Source: Chthoniobacterales bacterium
GTDB taxonomy: Bacteria > Verrucomicrobiota > Verrucomicrobiia > Chthoniobacterales > Chthoniobacteraceae
DNA: 64,000 nt
Assembly (NCBI GenBank): GCA_038207335.1
Contig: JBBQZX010000011.1
Span: forward strand, 64,001 to 128,000
Direction of reading: 5' to 3'
Part shown: positions 9,075 to 17,318 of the stretch, one piece after another
Layout of the letters: each line of letters starts with the position of its first letter
How positions within the stretch are numbered: position 1 is the stretch's first letter
Translations under genes and position numbers: made by a program
Notes under the pieces: generated by a model
What the model was told of the DNA's origin: nothing
What the model saw: the letters and a program-made list of their open reading frames with translations, nothing else
The model's database searches: none

Positions 9075-9938
9075 ATGCGCCGGCAAGTCAGACTTAACCA
9101 AGACCCCGTCGATGCGCGGCAGTTCGAGGTGGCGGTGAAGCACCTCGCGAACAGCCTGAACTTCGGGCAGGAGGAGTCGGTCTTTCACGGCGCGGGGCTC
9201 GAGTATGCGCAGTCGCGGCTTTATGTGGCAGGCGATCCGGTGAAGTTCATCGATTGGAAAGTCTCGGCGCGTGTCGGGAAGCTTTTCATCAAGGAATTTC
9301 AGGAGCCGAAACAGATCCCGCTCTACCTGCTGCTCGATACTTCGGCGTCCATGTGCATCACCTCGCAGCCGCTGAGCAAATACGCGTGGGCGGTGCAAAT
9401 CGCCACCGGCATCGCACTCGCGGCGCAGGCCAATGTCACGCCTGTCGGACTGCTCGGCTGCGGCGCGCGCGAGCTGCATGTGCGTCCCACGCTTTCGCGC
9501 AATGTCGTGATGGAATGGTCGCACCAGCTCCGGCATCACGACTTTCTCGAGGAGACTTCGCTGGCGCATCGCGCGCGTGAAGTCGCACCTTCGCTCAAGC
9601 GCCGCACGATGATCATCGTGCTCAGCGATCTGCACGATCCCGAGGCGTTCCCGGCACTGCAAGTCCTCGCGCAGGAGCACGACTGCATCGTGCTGCATCT
9701 GCAGGATCCGGCGGAGTTGCGGGTGAAAGGTGCGGGCCTTTTTCGCGGCGTGGAGGCGGAGTCGGGCCGGGCGTTCATCGGCCACGGACGACGCGCGTGG
9801 ATCGATGCGGAAGGCTGGAAGAGCGAGCTGACGCGCTTCGGCATCGACTATCTGCATCTGCTCACGGATCAGCCGATCCTAGGCAAGCTGCGCCATTTTC
9901 TCAAACGCCGTGGTTTCGGCGGCAGCGCGGGACGATGA
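9075..9938 (+). CDS. DUF58 domain protein
   Basis: GLEYAQSRLYVAGDPVKFIDWKVSAR, LLDTSASM; follows moxR. Confidence 0.92.
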   Translation: MRRQVRLNQDPVDARQFEVAVKHLANSLNFGQEESVFHGAGLEYAQSRLYVAGDPVKFIDWKVSARVGKLFIKEFQEPKQIPLYLLLDTSASMCITSQPLSKYAWAVQIATGIALAAQANVTPVGLLGCGARELHVRPTLSRNVVMEWSHQLRHHDFLEETSLAHRAREVAPSLKRRTMIIVLSDLHDPEAFPALQVLAQEHDCIVLHLQDPAELRVKGAGLFRGVEAESGRAFIGHGRRAWIDAEGWKSELTRFGIDYLHLLTDQPILGKLRHFLKRRGFGGSAGR

Positions 9939-10786
9939 GCAAGGAGCCGCCGCAATTTGAATGGATCCGGAAAGGCTGGCTGCTCGCAGGGATCGTCGTC
10001 GCGCTCGGGGTCTGGCTTTTCACCCGCCCGGCAAAGCAGACCGACTCGCTGAACGTACCGCTTGGCGTGGAGCAGGCAGCGATCGTGACCTACAGCGGAC
10101 CGGCCATTGCGGTGACTCCTTACAAATGGGGCGTGGCCGTGAACGTGCGCATCGCGCGGGTGAACGAGCAGCCCGGCGCGCGGATTTACGACGTGCGTTA
10201 CATCGTCAATCGACCGGGCACTTTCGATCTCAAGGACTTCCTCACGGCCGAAGATGGCGGCGCGCTGGAAAATCTTCCGTCGTTCCAATTTCACGGCGAT
10301 CCGAAGCTCTCGAAGCAGCTCGACACGCGAATTCAGGAAACCGAGGAAGTCAGCGTGAATGTCGGCGGACACTACTACGTCACGCTCGCCGGGCTCGCGA
10401 TGTTTTGGATCGTGTGGCTGCTGCTGCTCCTCTTTTACAAGCGGTCGAAGCCGCCACAGCCCGCAGCGCCGCCACAGCCCGAGCCGACATTCGCGGAGAT
10501 GCTGCGCGGCTTTCTCGCCCAGCTCGAAAGCGGCACGCTCGACGCCGAGGCGAAGGCGAAAATGGAAATGCTCCTGCTCCGGCGTTGGCGCGAAGAACTC
10601 GCGCTTGAAGGCACGCCGATGAGGGCGGCGCTCGACGCGATCGGCAGAAATGAAAAGACCGGGAATCCGCTTCGGCAATTGGAGGACTGGCTGCATCGGC
10701 CCGCGTCGAATGTGCGCCGCGAGGAGATCGCGGCCGTCCTTTTGCCCTACGCAATCGAAGCGCCGAAAGCGGACGTCACGGCATGA
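9935..10786 (+). CDS. Hypothetical membrane protein of the MoxR/Bat-like operon
   Basis: ATGA overlaps at both ends; two TM segments, Pro-rich linker and helical tail. Confidence 0.8.
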   Translation: MSKEPPQFEWIRKGWLLAGIVVALGVWLFTRPAKQTDSLNVPLGVEQAAIVTYSGPAIAVTPYKWGVAVNVRIARVNEQPGARIYDVRYIVNRPGTFDLKDFLTAEDGGALENLPSFQFHGDPKLSKQLDTRIQETEEVSVNVGGHYYVTLAGLAMFWIVWLLLLLFYKRSKPPQPAAPPQPEPTFAEMLRGFLAQLESGTLDAEAKAKMEMLLLRRWREELALEGTPMRAALDAIGRNEKTGNPLRQLEDWLHRPASNVRREEIAAVLLPYAIEAPKADVTA

Positions 10787-11751
10787 TTTTTCTCCATCCG
10801 CAATGGCTCGGCCTGCTCGCGCTCCCGGTGATCCTTGCCTTTTGGGAATGGGTCCGGCGCGGCCAGCCCATCGCGCTGCCGTTCGATCACGGACGGCAGC
10901 GGCAAGGGCGCGTGCTGCGTTTCTTCGTGCAATGCGCGAACTGCCTGCCCGCCGCGCTGCTTGCGCTGGCGATCATTTTCCTCGCGCACCCGATGACTTT
11001 CACGCCGCCGGAAGTGGAGCGCCAACTCACCAACGTCCAGTTCCTTCTGGATACCTCCGGCAGCATGGCCGAGAACCACGGCTCGCAGACGAATGGACGC
11101 CATCGTCGCTTCGACTCGGCGATGGATGCGATCGAGAAATTCGTCGAATACCGCAAGGGCGACGCCTTCGGCCTCACGATCTTCTCGCGGTATTTCATCC
11201 ACTGGGTGCCGCTCACGCTCGACACGCAGTCCATCCTGCTCGCGCGGCCATTCATCCAGCCGGACAACCCGCATCTCGACCCGCCGTCCATGGGCCGCCA
11301 CGGTCTTCCCGACGCACAGTGGGGCAACACGTTCATCGGTAAAGCGCTCCTCGGTGCCAGCGACTACCTCGCCGAACGCCCTAACGGCGACCGCATGATC
11401 ATCCTCATGACCGACGGTGAAAGCCCGGACATCAAGCCCCCGCAGGACGGCCCGATCATCGCCGCCTTGAAGGCGCAAGGCATCACCGTCTTCGGCATCA
11501 TGATGACCAGCGAGAAGATCGAGCCCGCGCTCGTCGGCATCGTGCGCGCGACCGGCGGCGAAGTCTTCAACGCCGCCACGCCCGAGGCGCTGCAAGCCGT
11601 CTTCCACCGCATCGACGAGATGAAAAAAGTCGTCGTGCTAGAGAAGAAACCTCAGACCGCCGATCACTACGACCCGTTCTTCGTGCCTGCGCTCATAGCG
11701 CTCGCCCTCAGTCTCCTCGCGCTCTTCGGACTCCGCTTCACGCCTTGGTGA
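10783..11751 (+). CDS. BatA-like VWA domain protein
   Basis: N-terminal MIFLHPQWLGLLALP (BatA-like), MIDAS DTSGS, MTDGE, C-terminal TM. Confidence 0.9.
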   Translation: MIFLHPQWLGLLALPVILAFWEWVRRGQPIALPFDHGRQRQGRVLRFFVQCANCLPAALLALAIIFLAHPMTFTPPEVERQLTNVQFLLDTSGSMAENHGSQTNGRHRRFDSAMDAIEKFVEYRKGDAFGLTIFSRYFIHWVPLTLDTQSILLARPFIQPDNPHLDPPSMGRHGLPDAQWGNTFIGKALLGASDYLAERPNGDRMIILMTDGESPDIKPPQDGPIIAALKAQGITVFGIMMTSEKIEPALVGIVRATGGEVFNAATPEALQAVFHRIDEMKKVVVLEKKPQTADHYDPFFVPALIALALSLLALFGLRFTPW

Positions 11752-11949
11752 CGTCCGAACCCTCGACGCAGGCGAACGCAGAGGCTCCTTCTTTCCCCGG
11801 AATCCTCGTCTTCTGCCGGTCACGATCGCATCGGATAACAACACGGGGAAAGCAGGATTGATGGGGTGATTTTCGGGTGCTCGTCTTGCTTGCTTTTGCA
11901 AGCAGCAACGACGTTGCTCGTCTGAGGCCAGAGCGTCGAGGAGGTCTGA

Positions 11950-12170
11950 AAGAAGCTGGAGAAGGAAAACTGCCGGCTCAAGATGCTGGTGGCGGACCTG
12001 TCTCTGAACAACTCAATGGACGCGGTACAGTGCTTCCAGGAGGTCCGTGGCGCAGGTTGCCGCACGACTTGCTGCCCCTTCGGCAGGCCATCCAATGGGT
12101 TGGAGACAGGGGTCGCGGAACGGAGCGAAGAGCCCTGTGCGGTGATCCTCGATGGGCGCGCGGCTCGACC
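11950..12170 (+). mobile_element. Degraded IS3-family transposase remnant (end of orfA, start of orfB)
   Basis: 11950-12018 reads KKLEKENCRLKMLVADLSLNNSM, like an IS3 OrfA leucine zipper. Downstream frameshifted pieces RQAIQWV and ERRA/CAVI resemble the OrfB N-terminus. Confidence 0.7.
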
Positions 12171-12669
12171 GACCACGACAAAGACCTGCGCGGGATCCGG
12201 GGTAGCGCAAGCTCGCGCTTTTCGAGAGTAATCTTGTTTATCTCGAACTCAACTTACTCTCGCTGCGCGGGCATGAGCCAGCGATCAAGGCTGCCGCGGG
12301 GCGAGGCGTGTAGGGCAAATACTGACCCGCGCTGGGGCGGCAATCATCACATCGTTTTCAGGGGAGTGCCACTAGGCAGCGATTGTAAAACCTTTAATAT
12401 GCCAGCGCAATCGACGGACAGAAGTCGGTGCCCGAGTTCCCGCTGCCGTGCGGGATTCGAGTGAATATGCCAAGAAGTCCACAGATCGATCCAGAGAAAA
12501 TGGTTGCACTAAATCCCAGCAACCACGTGCGGCAGCTTGTTCAAATTCAATCTGGGATTTGTTTCTTTTCGCCGTGGTGAATTTATCAAACAGATGGCGG
12601 GGTTGGGCTGGCTCCGATTCGCATGGAGAGTTGCGGGGGGCAGCTCTAGATGCCGACGCGAAAGGCGCG

Positions 12670-13434
12670 ATGAAGATGTCATCAGAACGTGAGCAAGTCG
12701 CCTCTGCGCGAGAGGATGACGACGGGACCGCCGCGCAACGCGGATTTCCCCTCTGGAAACGGTGCCTCGACCTGACGTGCATCCTGCTCACTTTGCCCGT
12801 GTGGCTGCCCTTGATGATTCTGGTCGTCCTGATAATCAAGACGGTTTCACGGGGGCCGGTCTTCTTCCGCCAGCAGCGTGTCGGTCTCGGAGGGTGCTGC
12901 TTTATGATTCTGAAATTCCGGAGCATGCAGGAGCACGCCGAAACGCGCACCCACGAAAGCTATCTCGAAGAGTTGATGCAGTCGGAGCGTCCGATGACGA
13001 AGCTGGATGCGTCAGGCGATTCCCGTCTGATTCCCGGTGGGAGACTATTCCGGGCGACCGGCTTGGATGAGTTGCCCCAGATCTTCAATGTCATCCGGGG
13101 CGAGATGAGTCTGGTGGGTCCTCGCCCGTGCACTCCCAGTGAGTTCGAACGATATCAGGCGAAGCACAAGGAGCGATTTCGGTTTCCTCCGGGGATCACG
13201 GGCTACTGGCAGGTGAATGGCAAGAACAAGACAACCTTCAGTCAGATGATCGAGATGGATCTTCACTATGGTAGCCAAATGTCGGTCTGGCTGGATTTGC
13301 TAATTATGGCAAAGACGACTCCGGCCCTGCTCCAGCAGGTATTGGCATCCCAAAGCAGAATCAAAAGGAACTATAAACAGCTATTTTGCAAGCACCTAAC
13401 CGCGATGAAAACCAATAAGAGAGCAATTAACTGA
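12670..13434 (+). CDS. Priming sugar transferase (Bac_transf family)
   Basis: KRCLDL, GPVFFRQQRVG, KFRSM, GLDELPQIFNVIRGEMSLVGPRP, PGITGYWQVNG. Confidence 0.93.
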   Translation: MKMSSEREQVASAREDDDGTAAQRGFPLWKRCLDLTCILLTLPVWLPLMILVVLIIKTVSRGPVFFRQQRVGLGGCCFMILKFRSMQEHAETRTHESYLEELMQSERPMTKLDASGDSRLIPGGRLFRATGLDELPQIFNVIRGEMSLVGPRPCTPSEFERYQAKHKERFRFPPGITGYWQVNGKNKTTFSQMIEMDLHYGSQMSVWLDLLIMAKTTPALLQQVLASQSRIKRNYKQLFCKHLTAMKTNKRAIN

Positions 13435-13436
13435 AT

Positions 13437-14528
13437 ATGAAGGATCGAACCTCTATCGGAATCATCGGATGTGGATATTGGGGGCCCAACCTCATCCGCA
13501 ATTTCAACTCCCTGCCCAATTGTCATGTCAAAGCGATATGCGACCTAAGCGAAGCGCGCCTCCAGCATATGCGAACCCTGTATCCGGGAGTCCAGGGAAT
13601 GACGGATTCCAAGCGCTTGATTGAAGAAAGTGACGTGGACGCTGTGGTAGTGGCAGCTCCCGTCAAACACCATTATCCGCTAGCCAAGGCAAGCCTTCTG
13701 GCAGGCAAGCACACCTTGATCGAAAAGCCGATGGCCTCATCTTCCGCCGAATGCGAAGAGTTGATCGAAATTGCGGAGCGAAACGGACTCGTCCTCATGA
13801 TCGGCCACACGTTCCTTTATTCGGCGGCGGTTCGCAAAATCGTGGACATCATCCAATCGGGAGACATCGGCGAGCTTCGTTGCATCAATTCGCGGCGGCT
13901 GAATCTGGGTTTGTTTCAAAAAGACATCAATGTGGCGTGGGATTTGGCTCCGCACGATATCTCGATCATCCTCCACGTCATTGGTGAATTTCCCAATGTC
14001 GTGAACTGCCAGGGCAATGCGCATGTCACGCCGGGCATCGAAGATGTGACGAACATGTCTCTTTCCTTCAGGCACAAGCGATTTGCGACGATTCAGAGCA
14101 GCTGGCTGGAACCGCGGAAGATTCGCGAAATGACTTTTGTGGGAACGCAACGGATGATCGTTTATGATGATCTTCAGACATTGGAAAAGATCCGCATCTA
14201 TGACACGCGCGTCGAGCGCCCACCTCACTACGACTCCTTTGCCGAGTTTCACTATTCGTATCACTACGGCGATAGTTACATTCCGTATATCAAACAGGAC
14301 GAACCGCTGAGGGTCGAGTGCCAGCATTTTCTGGAGTGCGTTGAGAAGGGCACTCCACCATTGACAGACGGTCGCGCCGGATTGGATATGGTTCGCATCC
14401 TGGAGGCCTCTTCGGAATCCCTGAAGGGGAATGGCATCCCGGTGAAATTTACCCATGCAGCCGGCCTGCTCTCTTCGGAGATCGCCAAGTCGTCGGAGCG
14501 AGTCAATCACGACCTGATTGCGGTATGA
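13437..14528 (+). CDS. Gfo/Idh/MocA family oxidoreductase (WbpB-like)
   Basis: IGCGYWGPNL, EKPMA, WDLAPHD. Confidence 0.92.
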   Translation: MKDRTSIGIIGCGYWGPNLIRNFNSLPNCHVKAICDLSEARLQHMRTLYPGVQGMTDSKRLIEESDVDAVVVAAPVKHHYPLAKASLLAGKHTLIEKPMASSSAECEELIEIAERNGLVLMIGHTFLYSAAVRKIVDIIQSGDIGELRCINSRRLNLGLFQKDINVAWDLAPHDISIILHVIGEFPNVVNCQGNAHVTPGIEDVTNMSLSFRHKRFATIQSSWLEPRKIREMTFVGTQRMIVYDDLQTLEKIRIYDTRVERPPHYDSFAEFHYSYHYGDSYIPYIKQDEPLRVECQHFLECVEKGTPPLTDGRAGLDMVRILEASSESLKGNGIPVKFTHAAGLLSSEIAKSSERVNHDLIAV

Positions 14529-15046
14529 ACCAGCCTTTCGGCGACACCCAGCGCATCGCTGCGGACGTGAAACTTGGCCGCGATGTAAAGATCCACGCGT
14601 TCGTGAATCTTTACGGATGCGAAATCGGCGACGAGACGAAAATCGGCACGTTCGTCGAGATTCAAAAGGGGGCGAAGATCGGATCCCGCTGCAAGATCTC
14701 GAGTCACTCGTTCATCTGCGAGGGGGTCACGATTGAGTCGGAAGTGTTTGTGGGCCACGGAGTGATGTTCATCAATGATCGCCGCCCGCGTGCGACCAAC
14801 AGCCACGGAGAGTTGCAAACGGAGGCTGATTGGTCCTGCGAATGCACCGTGGTCAAACGCGGGGCGTCCATCGGTTCCGGTGTCACGCTTCTGGGTGGAA
14901 TCAGCATTGGAGAAAATGCGGTGGTTGGGGCGGGAAGCGTCGTCACGCGCGACGTGCTGGCAAACACGACCGTTGTCGGAAATCCCGCTAAGCTTCTCAG
15001 CAGTGCAGTTGGGCGGGGTAAGTCAGTGCTCTCAATCGAAAGCTAA
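14525..15046 (+). CDS. Hexapeptide-repeat N-acetyltransferase (WbpD-like)
   Basis: Left-handed beta-helix hexapeptide repeats; VGAGSVVTRDV, VVGNPA. Confidence 0.92.
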   Translation: MNQPFGDTQRIAADVKLGRDVKIHAFVNLYGCEIGDETKIGTFVEIQKGAKIGSRCKISSHSFICEGVTIESEVFVGHGVMFINDRRPRATNSHGELQTEADWSCECTVVKRGASIGSGVTLLGGISIGENAVVGAGSVVTRDVLANTTVVGNPAKLLSSAVGRGKSVLSIES

Positions 15047-15048
15047 TT

Positions 15049-16167
15049 ATGAAAGTTCCGTTTCTCGACATCAACCTCCAGAACAAATCACTCCGAGGTG
15101 AGATCAATGCGGCCATCCAAGACGTCATCGATATCGGGGCCTTCGCGGGCGGACCGTTCGTTGAGCGTTTCGAGGAGGATTTCGCTGCTTATTGCGGTGG
15201 TGATCATGCCATCGGGGTCAGCAGCGGCACCGATGCCCTGTGGCTGACTCTGTTGGCGATGGATATCGGTCCCGGCGACGAAGTCATCACGGTGCCAAGC
15301 ACTTTTATGGCGACCGCCGAGGCGATCACATATTGCGGTGCGAAGCCGGTGTTTGTGGACATCGATGAGCAGACCTACACCATGGATCCGGCCCGCCTGG
15401 AAAAAGCCATCACGCTTCGAACGAAGGCGATTATTCCAGTTCACCTGTTTGGTCAGCCTGCCGATATGGATCCCATCATGGAGATCGCGCATCGGCGCGG
15501 CCTACGCGTGATCGAGGATGCTTGTCAGGCCCACGGCGCGGAGTACAAAGGCCGAAGGGCGGGCGTCCTTGGCGATGCGGGGTGCTTCAGCTTTTACCCT
15601 GGAAAGAATCTGGGTGCCTTTGGTGAAGCGGGAGCGATCGTTACCAATGACAAAGGTTTGGATGAGAAGATTCGAATCCTTCGGGACCATGGTCAGGTCC
15701 GCAAGTATCATCACACGATGATCGGTTGGAACTGCCGGATGGATGGCATTCAGGGCGCCGTCCTTCGCATCAAGCTGCGGCATCTGGACCGGCGCAATGC
15801 GCTTCGCTGCGCGCTCGCGATTCAATATGATCGAGCGTTGGGAGATGCCGAGCTTGTCGTCACCCCCTCCAAGGCTCCATGGGTGCGTCACGTCTATCAT
15901 ATTTACGCGATCCGAGTCGCCGAGCGTGATGCCATGATCCGGGAATTAGACGCTCAGGGAATCACGTGCGGAATCCATTACCCAGTTCCTGTTCATCTTC
16001 AGGCGGCCTACCGGAGTCTGGGATACGGAAGAGGCGCTTTCCCGAGGGCCGAACAGTGCGCCGAGGAGTTTGTCTCGCTGCCGATGTTTCCCGAGTTGAC
16101 CCCCGAGCAGGTCGATTATGTTGCAAAGGTCGTGAAGGAATCCGTCGCCTCACCTGCGATGGCCTAG
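15049..16167 (+). CDS. DegT/DnrJ/EryC1/StrS aminotransferase (WbpE-like)
   Basis: IEDACQAHGA, FSFYPGKNLGAFGEAG (PLP lysine), IHYPVPVH. Confidence 0.95.
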   Translation: MKVPFLDINLQNKSLRGEINAAIQDVIDIGAFAGGPFVERFEEDFAAYCGGDHAIGVSSGTDALWLTLLAMDIGPGDEVITVPSTFMATAEAITYCGAKPVFVDIDEQTYTMDPARLEKAITLRTKAIIPVHLFGQPADMDPIMEIAHRRGLRVIEDACQAHGAEYKGRRAGVLGDAGCFSFYPGKNLGAFGEAGAIVTNDKGLDEKIRILRDHGQVRKYHHTMIGWNCRMDGIQGAVLRIKLRHLDRRNALRCALAIQYDRALGDAELVVTPSKAPWVRHVYHIYAIRVAERDAMIRELDAQGITCGIHYPVPVHLQAAYRSLGYGRGAFPRAEQCAEEFVSLPMFPELTPEQVDYVAKVVKESVASPAMA

Positions 16168-16204
16168 GCGGCCGGCTCCCCGAGGGAGCCTTCTGGCCGC
16201 GTGA

Positions 16205-17296
16205 TTGATTCCCGACCCGATTGCAGCCGCGCACTTCTTGAACAGCCATCTCGCCAATGCCGGCGTGGAAGCCCAGTTGATCGATCCGCTGACGGACCCT
16301 TCATGGGACGTGCAAATCGCCTCGCATCCGGAATCGAGCTTCTTCCACACCAGCGCCTGGGCAAAGGTGCTGTGCCGGACTTATGGCCATCACCCTGCTT
16401 ATCTCCAAATTGTTAAAGAAGGAGAGTTAGTCGCACTTCTTCCCGTGATGGAGGTGCGTAGCTCCCTGACGCCGCGCAGAGGTGTCAGCCTCCCATTTAC
16501 GGATCTCTGCGAACCCCTTCTCTTCAACGGGGGCACCTTCGATCTGGTGTGCGATCGACTTCGCGAACATGGGCGGACGCGGAAGTGGAAATACTTTGAG
16601 ATCCGGGGAGGGGCACCGGCGGATGAGGTCAGATCATCGGTGGCCTTTTACGGCCATCGTCTCGATCTGCGCGGAGGCGTCGAGCAGGTGTTCTCAGGGT
16701 TCGACAGCTCGGCCCGCCGTGCGGTTCGCAAGGGCGAACGGAGCGGTTTAACCGTTGAGGTTTCGCGAACGGAGGAGGCGGTCCAACAATTCTATCGACT
16801 CCACGCCCGCACACGCCGCCGGCACGGCGTCCCGCCTCAGCCGTTGTCGTTCTTTCTGAGTATTTACCGGGAGATCATCGAATCGGGTTCGGGATTCGTC
16901 GTTCTGGCGTATCGATCGGCGCAACCGGTGGCAGGCGCGATTTTCTTCGAGTTTTGCGGCAGGGCGATTTACAAGTTTGGCGCTTCGGACGAGTCGCTCC
17001 AGGCGCTGCGCGGAAATAACTTCGTCATGTCTCACGGCATCCGACACCTCGCAGAGAATGGAGCCGAATCGCTCCATTTCGGCCGTACTTCATGTTCGAA
17101 CGAGGGCCTGCGCAGATTCAAGCGTTCTTGGGGGGCGGCGGAAGGGACGTGCAATTACTTCAAATTCGATCTGGACTCCGGGAAATGGGAGACCGCCCGG
17201 GACAACGCCTCGGGCTTTCACACGGCGCTCTTCAGCAGGCTCCCTTTGGCGGTCAACCGTCTAGCCGGTTCCATCCTGTATTCGCACCTCGATTAG
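16205..17296 (+). CDS. FemAB-related GNAT family protein
   Basis: SLPFTD, RRAVRKGER, HGVPPQP, HFGRT...GLRRFKRSWGA. Confidence 0.85.
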   Translation: MIPDPIAAAHFLNSHLANAGVEAQLIDPLTDPSWDVQIASHPESSFFHTSAWAKVLCRTYGHHPAYLQIVKEGELVALLPVMEVRSSLTPRRGVSLPFTDLCEPLLFNGGTFDLVCDRLREHGRTRKWKYFEIRGGAPADEVRSSVAFYGHRLDLRGGVEQVFSGFDSSARRAVRKGERSGLTVEVSRTEEAVQQFYRLHARTRRRHGVPPQPLSFFLSIYREIIESGSGFVVLAYRSAQPVAGAIFFEFCGRAIYKFGASDESLQALRGNNFVMSHGIRHLAENGAESLHFGRTSCSNEGLRRFKRSWGAAEGTCNYFKFDLDSGKWETARDNASGFHTALFSRLPLAVNRLAGSILYSHLD

Positions 17297-17318
17297 GGCC
17301 ACCGACTCAAGTCACATC

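Noticed and set aside
4060..9857. Long minus-strand ORFs (4060-6507, 6571-7962, 8043-9857)
   Set aside because: Antisense shadows of well-supported plus-strand genes, expected in high-GC DNA; no recognisable motifs.
12383..12400. TGTAAAA half-site upstream of the glycan locus
   Set aside because: The other half of the 17-mer and a correctly spaced sigma-54 promoter are missing.
11820..12464. Several 65-195 aa ORFs in the gap after the MoxR operon
   Set aside because: Better explained as frames crossing the degraded IS3 remnant.
12448..12669. N-terminal extension of the sugar transferase from GTG 12448
   Set aside because: Not family-like; ATG 12670 or 12676 is more plausible. Similar over-extended starts were trimmed for moxR, the AlgD-like gene, wzm, wecB, the WbsX-like gene and asnB.
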